A stretch of DNA of 63,780 bases, filler included, from Bigelowiella natans CCMP2755 (GCA_000320545.1; 8 parts of 8 records of this genome joined end to end with filler, not necessarily neighbours in it), one strand, 5' to 3'; counted from the first letter of the whole stretch, positions 13,095 to 27,588 are shown. Notes: generated from the sequence alone by a model not told the origin. Made by a program: numbers and translations.

Positions 13095-16000
13095 CAGACG
13101 CTATACATAGCGCACACCTAAGTACACATGTTAACACACAGAGGTTCAAGCGCCAATGAGATACTAATACCCCACCCAACACCGCGCATTTCGGCTCGAC
13201 TCACAAGTAGACGCATCGCATGCTTCCGCTACCGTGAGCGACACAACGCCGCGGCTTGCCCCGTAGACTTTTGTCATGTTCGCCGCGAACGTGACTTGAT
13301 ATGCTTCGAGAGGCTCCAGGAGCTGCTTTGGGACCCGCAGAGTTCTTGACCGTGATGACGGCACTAGGGTCAGATCCACCGTAGCGCCCGGGCGGCCTGT
13401 TTCGCTGTTAGCCGTCCTTTGCATGCTCCACTGGTAGGAGAAGGATGCGATATCAGCTGAGGAGAGGCTGACGTTCCTGGACTTCAGATGATGATCGATG
13501 CTGGCGTCAAGCACGATATCTCGCCCGGGCGAGACCTTGCTCCCAAAGCCATTAAGGGTGATGGTAGGTGCGAAGTTGCGCTGCATAGTCACGTTACACG
13601 CCGCACACAGCCGCAATTCAGCTGCGTGGAGGGCCGTGGCGTTCATACGAACGCAGGCCTTGACTTCTACATCGGCGGAGACATCGCCTTGACTGGGGAA
13701 CATCGAATCCAAATCCGGCGTGTCAAGCTGCAGAGTGTCCCCTGCCCACGAGCTCTGGCGGTCAAGAACGCTCGTGGCGGGGGAGGGGGAGGAGACGTTG
13801 TGCGCGAGGCACTCCCAGCTGAACAACCTAGGCTCGGCATCGGAACTCGTAAGAGAAGCACAAGTTAGGGAGAGAGTTACGGTGAGTTTATCGCTGATAA
13901 GTAAGGTACTCGGGCCATCCATCTTCAAGCAGGATTCCTCGAGAGAACGTGCCATCCTGTCGACACTAATCGTAGGACTTGTGCTGGGACCCAACACCAC
14001 CGAGGGCGATGCAGACGGAGACCTACTACTGGGGTGAGAACTTGGGCTGTTTGTCGGAGCGGATGATGGAGATAGCGTCGGCCAACAACTGGGAGAAGCG
14101 GTCGGAGCAGCGGTTGGAGGTGCTGAAGGCGCGGAAGAGGGTAGGCAGGAAGGGCAAAAGGAAGGACTTGAGCTTGGAGAAGCACTTGGAGTCGTTGTAG
14201 GGTTGGAGGAGGGCGTAGAAGGGCAACACGATGGTGACACAGTTGGTCCGCGAGTGGTGGGAGCAAAGGAAGGGGAGGCGCTCGGGGTCGATGTGGGGGA
14301 GACCGTCGTGGGAGCAAAGGAAGGGGAGGCGCTCGGGGTTGATGTGGGGCTCCAAGTTGGACCCAAGGTTAACGGGCTCGAGGTTGATGGGGAGATTGAA
14401 GGAGATTGTGAAGGGGAAGCGCTAGGGCTCGGGCTGGGAGAGTTTGTGGGGACATGCGTGGGCGCTAATGTCGCCGTGGGTGCTGAAGTCGGCGTCCGTG
14501 TTATGCTGATGGCAAATCCAAAAGTGAAGGGATTCGACTATTTTCCAATAGTCTTCGTTGCTCTCAGTTCCCCACTCATCCTCTTCCGTCACTCTCACAT
14601 GCGCGGCTGCTCTAACAGCAAATCCATGTGATGATAATATTTGTGTTGTGTACATTCCTGGACGTAAACAATGCGCATTGAACCGTGCAGGGCACATTCA
14701 TATCAAATATAGTAGACATTGGAACCGTTTGATGGCCAAAGAGATCAGGGCGCATTACCAGTGAGCCGTTAGCGTTCCCACAGGTTTATTTTGAGCAGTA
14801 TTACTGCCAACACCCAGTTGTCCAAAAGTGTTTGAGCCCCAGCACATAATCCCACAACCTATTGACGAGCATCTCATCAGTTACACGCCGCCTTCTACTC
14901 ATTATTGATAAACTGCGGAATCAATCCTCGCAAGACGGACCATCAGCTTTGACGGCACAAATGTGGTGAAACCCAGCCGAGATGTCGGAAAATCTTTCGC
15001 TGGACGAGACGTCAACATATCTGCGCAGCAAGCAGAGGAAATAATGTGTTCCAGCGACCACCAATGTAAGATGATCATGCGTGCAAATAGGATAGGAGAG
15101 TTGATAGCCGAAAGGAAGTGCAGATTGACGATAGCAGTAGTAACCTATCTACTGTAAGATGGCATTATTGGTTGGTGACACACCTAGGTGAAGTCCTATT
15201 GATATAGGTACCATCTCCAACAACGCCGTAGGTGTTTTCGCCCCAGCACATAATTCTGGTGAAAAGGCATATAGGCATTAAAAGCCAATCAAACGCTATC
15301 AAGAGCCATGGATTTTGTTTAGTAGATGCATGGAAATGCCGAAGATTTCGCCCAATAACATTCGTTGTTTTCGGGCTCAGCACACAAAAGGCCTTCTAGC
15401 ACGTGCCGACTCTGCACGCAAGGTTGTATCTCCTCTATTCCATTGGCCTGATGCTTTCAGCCTCTCAACTCCCCAATCTACTAACCAACGCGAGTCGGTT
15501 CATCTCAATGCTGATTGGACAGAGAAGCACTCACCTCTGTGTGGAAAGAAGGGCACACGACACAGCACGTGCTAAAGCAACTTTCGTGGCCGCAGCAGGG
15601 AGGGGTACCTATATAGTTATTCCTAGATTGAGTGGTTAATCGGCCATATGTTTACCACAGAGCGGACTCGTGTGACTTAAACGAGAGAGAAGGTCTTGCA
15701 TCAAGGGCCCATCCCCATCCTCAGATGGTTGTAGCACTTCGATTAATATTACATGTTGTGGCGTCGTCTCGGCGGATATCATTCTTCCGTTGCCACATTG
15801 CCCCCATGTGTTCCTTCCCTATTCAAAGAAGTAGCTTAGAGGAGGGGAGGGGGGAGAGGAGGAGGAGGAGGAAGGACGACGACGAGGACGAGCTATGCAG
15901 AAACTTCTTTCATCGAAAGATCTAGTTGGCTCTTACCCAACATGAGAGATTGCCACCAGAGTGAATTGCACACGTGTGGTAACCCCCACCAGTGACAAAA

Positions 16001-17535
16001 GAAACCTGTAAGTAAGGGTTTTAGGCGTTTCTGCGGTCAGCTGTAGGCAATGCTGGCGAAGGGTGTTTGGTGATAAGAGGCCTTAGGCCGGTTTGCGACG
16101 TTGGTGGAGGACAGATATCGACGGATAAACAGCGACAGACAGCGATTAGATGAAACCAAATTGCTTGCTTGAATGGAGGGAAGGGGGGGGGGGAGAGAAG
16201 AAATAAAAAATGAGAGAAACTCACATTTGAAAGCGATGACACAGCTACGGGTGTCGGTCGATGTGTTTGAGTACCTGACCATCAATATTTTCTCATTTAC
16301 TATTATCATTTCTAAGAATGAATTATAACGCAACGAAGCAGAGATTCTACTATCAATTTTGGATTTAGAGAAAATCGGTTTGGCATTAGTTTTACCATCT
16401 CCTATCTGTCCGTAGAGGTTGCCACCCTAGTTGTTAGAAAACGCGACACGAGATGACTTAAGTATATCAGCAGATTCGTTCTCTCCATGCTACAATTCTG
16501 GATATTATATTTGAGTAGTGGCCATCTAGCAGGATACGCGCAAATCATACACCGCATAGACGGACACATTGCATGGATGCCAAAACAGAACGCCCGCACT
16601 ACCCAGCAGACAAGTGAGTGGTCGTCAAGAACCGCGCACGCGGTGCCACGAGTTTGAATGCTAAACCCATCAATTGTATTAGAACCCATTCCGCCAACTC
16701 CAATGCTTAATGCGTATCGCTGTGACGGAAGTATCACATTTGATGGCGTTCCCTGTGCTTGAGAAGGGACCGTACCATTTCCTGTGAAGGAGGAGCCAAA
16801 ATGTTAGCGAATTCCTGGTTGAACCTCGACAACTTCATATTAATTTCAGGACTACACACCCCACTCGCCGTGTTTAACACATCCCCAACAATGGACTGTT
16901 CCCGCGGTGGTGAGGGCACAAGCCACGAACCATCCCACTTTGATGTCATCGACGACTCCGGGAATACTGTTCAGACTAGGGCTAGTGAGGAGCGTTGGAT
17001 GAGGAGTCACGGTGCCTCTAAAGCTGTTATAGCCAAGAATAGCCAAATAGCCTATTCCACAACATTGAACCTGTAGGTTAAAATTGGAAAAGCCTCAACG
17101 CGACGATAGGAAGACTCTGTGTCTGATAGAACAGAATGCGGTACTGCCAGGACCGTGTTGTCCGTGTACACAACGAAAGATGCATATCCTGAACTCCCGA
17201 AGAAGCCCTTCACAGTTCTTCCGCCAGTCAAATCTAAATTCTGCGATCAAAGAAACACTTAATAAAGGCGAAATCGTCCACTTTGAGATCGCAGCATCCT
17301 CATGTCTTAGTAAACTTATTCATACTTGATCTACTACCATGAAAGACCCTGGCGCTGAATTAGTCAACGTTGTGCCTCCATCGCCATATTGCCCGTATTG
17401 ATTATCTCCGAAGCACCGTACAACGGTTGAATTAAACATGACACATGTATGCGAGCCTCCGACTACGACCTTGTATTGCGGGTACTGAGCAGATACCCGA
17501 AACACGGACAGGAGAAGAAGATGGAGTAAAACCAT
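8116..17535 (-). CDS. Large multi-exon surface receptor: signal peptide, RCC1-like repeats, Pro/Thr/Ser stalk, REJ/PKD-like region, GPS/GAIN motif, multipass TM domain, Ser/Gly-rich tail
   Basis: Signal peptide MVLLHLLLLSVFRVSA. RCC1-like exons: VVGGSHTCVMFNSTVVRCFGDNQYGQYGDG, GWFVACALTTAGTVHCWG, MCWGENTYGVVGDG. PT repeats at 13970-14500. REJ-like LRLDADSASYDP..FQWTC and PMQGDAYTSDF. GPS motif CSFWNPLLQVWSDEGC...CVCNHLTEFTLL. Several hydrophobic helices in 8750-9640. That these are all one gene is inferred from shared strand and domain order. Confidence 0.75.
14258..14349 (-). repeat. 51-bp-period coding tandem duplication in PT stalk
   Basis: PTSTPSASPSFAPTT is encoded twice by near-identical DNA. 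Confidence 0.8.
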
Positions 17536-19459
17536 CTCGCGGCCAGGGTAGCTGTATCCCATTACAGCCAATCCCACTGCATGCGGTCTAATTCCATGGA
17601 ATTTACAGGGTCGGGCGGGGTTTATAATTCGTGTTCATAGTAAATTTTAGTCTACACGTAACGGGAAAAGTATGTTACAGATCCATTAATCCAAGTCTGG
17701 AAACATTCGGACAACAAAAATATCATTCAAACAATTCATCAAACATTCGGACAAAAAATACATGTTACATCTTCCCGGACACTCTCATCATCCCCATTTT
17801 GGAAACACTGCGTTCTGCGACCTAATGAAAGATCAATTACATGTAATTGCCAGTGAATTATAAGCGTTTCTATTGAAAAATGTCCACCAGCGTACCCATT
17901 TTTGCGTCTACGACAGCATCATTTGATTCAGTTTCTTTTTGAAACGCATGTGATCTCACTTCAGAACTCCTAAACTCCTCAATGTTCAATGTGGTTCTTG
18001 CGTTCATTGTTCATTGCGAACGTTGTTGTTCTCATCTCTTGGATGTAGCGAGGAACAGACTGTGCTCGGATGTGCCGAGAGTGGCTTCAGGTCCTTCCTC
18101 GTCTGCCTGTTCCTCCTTTTTCTGTGCCTCTGACTCCTCCAAAACTAATGTCTTGTTGGGTGTTCCTTCGGATGACCCGGCCGCGGACCAGCATGTGGAC
18201 GTGGCCTCCAGGAAGTTCCCACGAAGAGCAGATGCTTTGCGTCGCCGCCACATTGCCGCCAATTGCGCTGCTCCATGCAGCTGAAATGCCAATTTTTCAA
18301 ATCCCTTCAGTCCTCACTAAAGCTAGTTCGAGACACTGCGTTTCGCACTTTGCAAATGTCTTGCCACGTTTTGGAAACGTGGTTCTTCTGTCACGTTTGG
18401 TTGCTTGTTTGTTGTTTTGCATCAATGCTCAATTCAATCTGGTCAATGTTCAATGTTCAACGTTCAAAAGCCTCGTGTCATCTGCGTTTCGCCACACATC
18501 GACGTTCGCACATTGCTAGATTGCAAGTGTCGTGCAACACGCTTTGGAAATCTCAGTTCATCATCAAAGTTTCTTTCGTTTCTTTCTTTCATGTTCAAGT
18601 GTGTTGGTGCACTGTTGAAGTGTTCGTGCTCGCAGCACGCGGCAGCCACGCTAGTGCACACTGCGGTGGCTTTCTAGCTGCGCTAGCTCTGCCACCCCTT
18701 GATGAGAGGTGCCATGCTACCATGTGACATGGAACACAATGTGCATTGGAGACTTGCATCGTGACAATGTTGACGGAAGAGCTAGGCTTCACCAAATGTG
18801 CGTGTGTCATCAACACTGCAGTTCATTGGTACTTGCTAGCTAGCTAGCTTGGTGTGACGAGCGTTGCGCACATGGGACTCATTCATGCAATTGTGCATGC
18901 AAATGAATCAGGCTGCACATCGACGCTGCACAGACTAGAGCACACATCATCTGTGCCAAAGTGCGCAATGTCACAAAATGACTACACGCCGCATGTGAGG
19001 TGCATGCCACTAGCATGCTAGCATGGTGTGCACTTTGTCGTGATCATCACATTTCGATGATTGATTTGTGACATTGTTGCAAAAAAAAAAAAATGATGGC
19101 TGCTGCTGCGAGCAGCGCATTATGCGTAGGTATGTTGCACGTGTACTAGGTGTAGCCTGCAGTTTTCATGCTTGTTGCGTGCACATGTGCGCACGTGGTA
19201 GATCTTGACAATCTATACCATTTGTTAGTATCCGTCATTGGAGAAGCAAGTTCATACATCCGTCGAACACTTAGGTGCTTAAAGTGTTGTAACTCCAGTT
19301 AAGCTCGAAAGCACTAAGCAGCCATTCAATACCATGCTGCAGATCAAAGGCGTGCATATGTAGCGGCGCAAATCGAAGCGCGCTGCAGAGCTCACGATTA
19401 AATCTGTGGTTCTCTGGTATCGTCGATATTCTCTTCTAAGTGATGAGCAAAGCGAGATT

Positions 19460-20693
19460 CCAACGGGGAACCCCTCTTCAGCAGGTCGACGTTCCAAGGC
19501 TCTGGACCTCTGATTGTTGTACGGAAAACATTACAGTGAACACGACCGGTAAGTGATAGTAGTAGTAGTAGTAGTAGTAGTGGTAGTAGTAGTACTGGTA
19601 GTAGTGGTAATTAATGTAATAATAGTATTGAACATGATAATGATGTTTGGTGATAATGATGAACGATGATGTGCATATATCATGATATCGAAACAATCGT
19701 CATTTCTGTCGCCACTAATCTTCATAAGTTGTTCCGATAATGCCGTCACACCTTCTTCCCCAGTATCTCTGTTGACGCCTTGGATTGTTTGGATGCAAAG
19801 CCTCGTGATATCTCCGGGAAGTGTAGTTCTTCAGCGGTTCAATATCGTCCCTATCGTAACGGTGAGAATCAACACTTCGCTCAGATTGCGCGTGTGCAGT
19901 CGTGTATGTCGTTTTCATCGTTGTGTGAGTCTCGTTTCTTCGGAACCATTCGTGTGGAGAGGAAACTGGAATTTTTAAGCGGATGAGCTCCTCTCGCAGC
20001 TCCCTTGCTTCGATTTCGTCCAACTCTTTATCTGAGGAGTGAATGCGGTTAAGGGGATGTTAGAAGGAGGGTGCAATGCAAAGAGAGCGAGAGATAGGTA
20101 CAGCATCGAGCGAAGCTTCAGGCTAAGAGGGAGGACGTGCTAACAAAAAGCGTCCCCCAGACCGTTTCTTTGTTAAGATCGAAAGAATCAATCATTACTA
20201 CTACTTTTGACTTCTTCTTCTTTTACTTTTAGGCCTACTGCTACTATGAACTACCTCTAGGGTCTTGGATGCCATGGTCAATCAAATCACGTATTTCCTT
20301 CTGATTGCATCATTTAACAAGTCAGTGTCACTACTTCCTTCTTCCCTTCTACTTATAAAGAAGAGGGGAAAATAGCACTACTGGCACTGTTTGATCACGC
20401 GAATGAAGACAGTCTCGTTCTCTTCCTTAACCCCCCCCCCCCCTCCCTTCCCTTCCTCCTCTACTACTATACAATATCTTTACCGCTCTTTTCGCAACAG
20501 CCTTCCGCTCTTGTTGGAATTCTTCCCAGCTCTGTGCGATGGTAATGCACGCATGAATGTTATGTATGTCTGTGTGTGTGTGTGTGTGTGTGTGTTGGGG
20601 AGGGGGTCTTAGAAGGATAACAGTGATATTTGTGATCATCATATGTTTCCCCGCAACTTTATATGGAGTATTACATCTATTCACCCCCCCAAT

Positions 20694-20731
<38 letters not shown>

Positions 20732-21661
20732 AGAGAAATAGAGAGGGGGAGGGGGGGGGGGGGAGGAGACAACACCACCTTTCGTTGCCAGCCCGCCAAC
20801 TCAAGCGCCGTCCTTTTCACACAATCCAATTCAAAAATTACTAGCGAGAAGAATTGACGGTGGTGATAACAACAATAATTATCGTAATAGTGAGGACCAG
20901 GAGAAGGATGAAGGGGGGGGGTATCATCGTGGACAAAGAGTGGAACCACGAATGAACAATAATTACAGTACAATTCATATACTACTTGCCGCCTCGGGCA
21001 GCGTGTCCTTCTTCCTCAAGCTGATTTTCCCCCAAGATGTATCCATTCCTTATCAGCTCTTCCTATTAAGAATGATGAAGATACATGTGTGTAAATATAT
21101 TAATGCGAAAGAACAAACAAACACGAAGCGAAGTGATGCTCACAAAAACTCAACAGCTCAGTAGTGCATGGAGATCTCTGACGAATCGTCGATATACATG
21201 AAGCTGCCACTACACCTTCTACTACTACTACAACTACTACTGCTACTACTATTTGTTAAACACATGCAAGTAGAAAGCAAACCCATCGAACAAATGAACG
21301 TTAAGTCCGTGTAAACAACCGCAAAACCATCATCAGGCAATTATTTGCAGCCTCTCCCTTCCCATCTCATCCCATGATATATCCATTGCTGCTTGTCAGG
21401 CTGTCGCGGCAGAATGAAGACGGAGTTCAGAGAGCAGTCTCCCACCTTCGATCCAACGTGCTCCTTACCCCACCAGTACCCCAATTCCAGGGGAAAGTCC
21501 TTCAAAAGGCGAAAGTACGATGGAGAGGGGGAAGGAGGAGGAGGAGGAGGAGGAGGAAGAGGAGGAAGAGGAGGAGGACAACAATCATGACGAATATAAA
21601 TAATTTTCATTAAGACGAATTCATGCTAGGAGAAAGTTCTAAAATTGTTGTTGCATTCTCC

Positions 21662-21710
<49 letters not shown>

Positions 21711-21945
21711 CGTACAGAAACCTATGCACCAACGCAGCACTGCCATATTCGCTGTAGTAGTCTTCCATATACATTTATGTGTGCACCTCAAAGTTTGGCT
21801 CTTTCTTCCTGTAGCGTGTAGTATTGACAAGGCGGCTGCTTTGGTATCTATATCCGCTACTGCCGTTGTCACCTCGCCCCTTATCGTTGTTATTGCCCGC
21901 GTTATCGTCTCCACGGCCTGAAGTCTCCGTCCTGCAATCATTCCT

Positions 21946-21976
<31 letters not shown>

Positions 21977-22394
21977 AGTCTTTGATCGTACACGGTACCA
22001 CCTTCCTCTAAATCAATAGCACGATTCAGCTCTTTGTCGTTCTCCCACCGCGAGTAGCTTCCTTGCATCTCCCAGGCCTAGTAGAAGAAGACGGACAAGG
22101 GAGGGGTGGGGTAGGGGGGCGCAACAATACAGACGCAGATTGCAATAAGAAGATGATACTTTTCAGATGGCAATAGCGGAGAATAGGCGTCGAGGACTAA
22201 GAGGAGGACAGTCTCAATGAAGTGCTAGATTTCATGGCTCTTCTCTCGGATTGTTGCTTGTTGCTGCTGCTGCTGCTGCTGCTTTCTTCTATTGAGGGAA
22301 GGGAAAAAGTCAAAAGACAAGAATCACCTCACTCTCACTTGGATTGGCTTCGTCGTTGTTGAACTCCCAGCTGCATACACACACACACACACAC

Positions 22395-22451
<57 letters not shown>

Positions 22452-23549
22452 TTGTGTGTGTGTGCACGGAGTGAATAGCAGCTTCAGACGAAAATAAGAA
22501 GTTTCGTGCTATACGTCCTGCTCACAACCACCACCGCGAATACATCTGAATATGCCGTCTCAGGTGATGATGATAACTGTCAACTACTCGGCCAACATAA
22601 ATGTACACTGTTTTAGTAAATAACACTTCAAATAGAACGAGAGAAAGAAGGAGAAGGAAGAGAACTCACCCTCGATGCCAGTGCCGCGGGTCGTCGCTGA
22701 AAGCTGCTTTCTGGGAGGTGGAGAGCGGTGGGGGGTTCATCCTCATCTTCATGCGAGTCTCTTTGATCGCTCTCCTCCTCTCTCCAACACCGTCAATTAC
22801 CCTGTTAAGCAGATCACACCATATCACCGATAGATGGCGAAAAGCAGCGCTCCTACCACCATCACTACAACTGCCACTACTAATACTTTCCTGCTGCTGC
22901 TACTACTACTACTACTACTACTACTACCACTACCGTTTAATGTTCCGATCCCGTATCTCCTCGAATGCTTCCTCTCTATTGAGGCGCTCGATGACGTGAG
23001 AATTGTCCTCACCCTCTCGAAAACCATAAAGCTTAGCGATGTTGTCGTTGTTATTGTCCTCCCTGCCGTGTGCTGCCCCCCACCCCCCCCTCCCAATCGT
23101 TGTTGCCGTCGTCACTTTTGGAAACCCGCCAAACGGCTGTATACTGAGGAGAAAGCAATGCGAACGATCAGCGTAAGTAGAGAGGGGAGGGGAGGAAGGG
23201 AGGAGGAGGAGGAGGAGGAGGAGGAAGTGAAGCTGTTTGATTATATTGTACGAGATATTTCTCCTCAACCCCCCCCCCTCCCTCCTTTCTCCTCAAACTC
23301 ACCCTGCTCTCTTCTTCTTCCTCAGGTTATGTTGCAGCCTTCGTTTCCTCTTGATCTCCTCGGTGTCATCATCGGTGCTGATGAAGATGGCGTCGTTGAG
23401 AGCCTCCGGATCTGAAGTGAAGGAGTCGTCCACTATGGGGCCGAACTTGCCTCTTGTCATGTTGGAAACGCTTCGCCAGTACTTCTCCTGACGATCTCTC
23501 TGTCAATAGGAGGTGATACGTTAGCGAGAAGGGGGAGGACAGATAGGAA

Positions 23550-23595
<46 letters not shown>

Positions 23596-23660
23596 ACTGC
23601 TTCGACCCCCGCCCCCCTCCAGATGGTGTTTAGGACGACAAGGACTACCTCAGTTAGGCT
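19460..23660 (-). CDS. Multi-exon hypothetical protein, 5' truncated
   Basis: Coding-like exons between microsatellite introns: KYWRSVSNMTRGKFGPIVDD, YGFREGEDNSHVIERLNREEAFEEIRDR, MQGSYSRWENDKELNRAIDLEEGG, LKDFPLELGYWWGKEHVGSKVGDCSLNSVFILP, DEIEARELREELIRLK. No family recognised. Confidence 0.5.
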
Positions 23661-23775
23661 CTTGTCGTATCGCCCNNNNNNNNNNNNNNNNNNNNNNNNN
23701 NNNNNNNNNNNNNNNNNNNTTAATTAATTAANNNNNNNNNNNNNNNNNNNNNNNNNNNNNNNNNNNNNNNNNNNN

Positions 23776-23847
23776 TTTCTTATCAAAATGCTGTAAAACA
23801 GGTTCTGGAGTAATAGCAATTTGAACACACCACCACCACCCACCATC

Positions 23848-23879
<32 letters not shown>

Positions 23880-24352
23880 CGGCAAGAACAAAAAGAGCAA
23901 GGAGCAGAAGCAGCAGCAAATCGTCACATTAAATATTCCCGGAAGTATCCAACCCCCCCCCCCCCACAGTCTCCCACTGCAGGCAGCACCTCCCCATCAG
24001 CTTCGTCAGCCATGACATGCCCGAGGATCTTGAGCGCCCAAAACAGCTGTTCCTGCGCCTCACGAATCTGAAACAGCTGCTGTGACGTGAACGAAGACGA
24101 AGCCGAAGAGGCCGACGAGGACGATGATTTCGAGTTCGCCGCTGCAGCAAGGAGTTGCGTTTTTGCTCGGATGATCTCAGACAAACGGTTGAGTGTCGGG
24201 CCCGCCGCCGCCCTGATTATCATGTCGTGTTTTCCCGTTTATATATCACTATGCGCAGGAGGAGCTGGTTTGCGGAGTGTGAGGTTTTTTTCGAAGGAAG
24301 ATATATGGCACGCTCTCTCCCTCTATCTACAGGATTCAATACATGCACACAC

Positions 24353-24386
<34 letters not shown>

Positions 24387-25154
24387 ATATATAATATTTA
24401 TACAGGCAACAATGTGTTGCTTAATCCACAAAAATGGCAGCAGCGATCATCGTCATTATCATCTTCCTCATCTTCATCATCATCACACCTTCCCAGCATT
24501 GCCACGGAGCTGAGGTGTTCATCTAAATTATCGAGGAACTGCTCCTCCCTCTCATAGCCCCTCTTCGTTTCCTTTGTTGCCTCCGCCATCTTGCTTTTGA
24601 TGTAGTGCGCCATCACCTTCTCCGAGCACTCTTTCATGAACTTGTCCAGGCCCGAGACCTGCCCTTCGCTCAGGCTCGGCTTGTCGCCCTTCTTCGCGGT
24701 GTTGAAGTGGCTACTTCGGCGCTTGGCGCTGCTGCTGCTGGCTACGTCTCGCTTGAGGACGCGCACTTCGCTCAGGATGATGCCCCAGATCTGCCCGAAC
24801 AGGGTAGGTAGGTAGGTAGGTCATCATTAATTCACACAATCGATCCGTCTTGGATCTCGATACAAACCACCACAACACGCTGCGAAAACGTCTGGGAACA
24901 CGATTCATATATGAAAACGACGACGAGGACGAGGACGATGACGATGACGAACTATGATGATCTTTGAGGCCAACAAACAGCACACAACTCGCCCACCTCT
25001 AGGATCTGATCGAAAGCCTCAGAGTGCCACGTCTCAACCCCATCTTCGCTGCTGTTGACTCCCACGTCAAGGAGGGAGCAGGAGATTTGGCCAAGGAACT
25101 GCAAGAGCGACTGCGCGCTGCGAGGATGAGTCGTAACTGATGGATGTATATATT

Positions 25155-25208
<54 letters not shown>

Positions 25209-25292
25209 GGGGAGGAAGGACGTAATTTATTTATTAAAAGTGAAAGCGTCGACTGTAATATCACATCATATGATATTTCTCCTGAGGCGTGT

Positions 25293-25331
<39 letters not shown>

Positions 25332-25861
25332 ATGCTTGCGTCTATTTCGGTAGTTTTGTGCGTTTTCTGGTATTAGAATAATCCACCCAGTGTGCGGAAC
25401 GTGAAGTTGGTGATGAGCCGCCGGATGATGCGACACAAGTCGAGCACGTGGCTCCCAACGTTGGGCGATTTAAAGCTGATTGCCGTCGCCATCTTCAGCG
25501 TTCCGTGCAGCATCTTGTTGGCGTATTCGCTACGAATTTTGGCTTCGCGTGCAGGTAGCACCTATGCAGATGGTGAAAGAAGAGAAAGAGAAGGGAAAGA
25601 AGAGAAAGAGAAGGGGAAGATTCGTGATGCTGTTGGTGCTGCTGCAGGTATTTCTCATCGTGTATCTTCTTCTTCTTTTTCTTCTTTCTATTGCATTGTG
25701 TCAACAGCAACCGTTCCACTCAGAGAAGCCATGAGCCTCAAGTTCTCCCGCACGAGATGAGCAGTGTTTTCGCTGGCCAGCACCTATGAGGCATTTTAGC
25801 AAATAATGGCGTCTTTCCAGAGGATGGATGCTCATCAAATCCGCCACCACCACATACACAC

Positions 25862-25895
<34 letters not shown>

Positions 25896-26388
25896 AACAA
25901 CGCTACGCATACTACCTTCTGATTGCAAGCTAAGGCAAACAGCAAGTCTAGCAATTTAGGGTTGATCAGCAGTGGCCGCCATTCGTTTCCTGGCGTTAAG
26001 TAGCGGTGCTCGTCGTCGCCCCCGTCACTGCTCAGCGCCATCGCCGTCCATTTTTTCAAAGCTGACTGGAAATCCGTGGAGGAGCAGAAGGGGAACGACA
26101 GTATCTGTAGCATTACTTGCAGCAGCGGCGCTAGCAGCTGACCATTATTCTTCGTCGCCCCTCCCCCCTCCACTTCACTTTGCAGCAGTCCCGCGAGGAG
26201 GCCGAAGAGAGTCACGAGGCACTTGTTTTGGAAGGAAAAGCGGACTTTGCAGTGGAACTCCATTGAGAGCTCGAGCGCGGTTGATCGATTTGAGGCTATT
26301 TCTTCAATCATTGCTGAGCTTAAGAGTAGGCCCAATCGCTGCGTGTGGAGCTTCTTGCTCGCTTTCAAGAGCGTACCTAATCGTGCGT

Positions 26389-26421
<33 letters not shown>

Positions 26422-27028
26422 AGAGAGTGTGTGAGTGTGCGCGCGTGTGTCGGAGACAAGGCAGGTGTGTTGTTGGACATGTGGGTGAAAAACAGAGACC
26501 AATATTACTTATCTGCTCCAGTGTTGCCTTAGCCGAGGCTGACTCGCTTTGCAGCCAGCCTCTCTTGCTGATTACCGCGACGACGTGCGCGAGTTGCTTC
26601 TGCACGGCATTGTGCCCGAGGACCGAACCTTGAGGTGGCTGGGCCCCCATCTTCAGCAGCTCATTCCGAATCGCTTCAATTGTCCCCCCTCCCGATTGAC
26701 TGCTCAGCTCATTCCACTCTCGCAGAACAGCAGCACTGATGATGGATATCGCATGGCTAGCCACATGCACATTCTTCGTTCCCCGCGCAATGGCCACACA
26801 GGTCTTGTAGGGCTTTGGGGACCGCTTCGCGTCCAATATGTATTGCTCGGCCTAAGAAGGGGAAGGGGGTGGAAGTTGATCGTGTCACCGAGAGCTGCTC
26901 TTCAACGTCGAGATGGATTTCCTCCATGCCCAACATACCTTTTTTATGTCGGGAAAACGCGACGAAAATTGGCCACAGAGCGCCGCGCAGGCCATTTCGA
27001 ACTCCTTCATCACTCCTTGTCCATTCAT
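23776..27028 (-). CDS. XPO4: Exportin-4 (importin-beta family), multi-exon, 3' truncated
   Basis: ATG at 27028 gives MNGQGVMKEFEMACAAL. Further exons: KPYKTC...AAVLREW...IRNELL, VQKQLAHVVAVISKRGW, LSMEFHCKVRFSFQ, GNEWRPLLINP, EQLFWALKILGHVMADEADGE, all XPO4-type motifs. Confidence 0.8.
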
Positions 27029-27588
27029 ATCTCTCCCCCTCAACAAACTCCTCGCGCTGAGAGAGATGGTGGACCGACCAACCCTGACCCCTGCTTTGCT
27101 TTCCCGGAGCTTTCAGGTTTTTTTTTAGGGAGAAAAAAAACCCAGAAATATGCATCCGGCAAGTCATCCCCGTTCAACCTCTACGACTTACATATTTCTA
27201 GTCGCAGCACGTATAACACAGGGATTCCTCCCCCTCTGGAAATTTGGCCGTTAATAAGCAGCGCGTGTTCTCCTCCGCGACAACCCCGCGATCTCCGTTG
27301 GAAAAAAGGCTGCGGAACCCGAGGGAACTCTGTCCATGCGACTGGGAAAATTATCCTATTCTTACCGAAGTTCCCGCGACGACGGGTTGCCGGTGAATTC
27401 GTATCTCCGCCTTCTTTCTTGTTCCAGGACGGATCCGAGATCCTTCGGAACACTAGCGTCGTTTTCAGACCGGAACAAATACTATCCCATTTCAACCCAG
27501 CGACATGCTTTATATCGCGGGATGAAGGGGAAATGCAGAAGATGCTGCCTTGCTTGCTCCGAACGGCTCCAGAACCGGAAGGGCGAAC

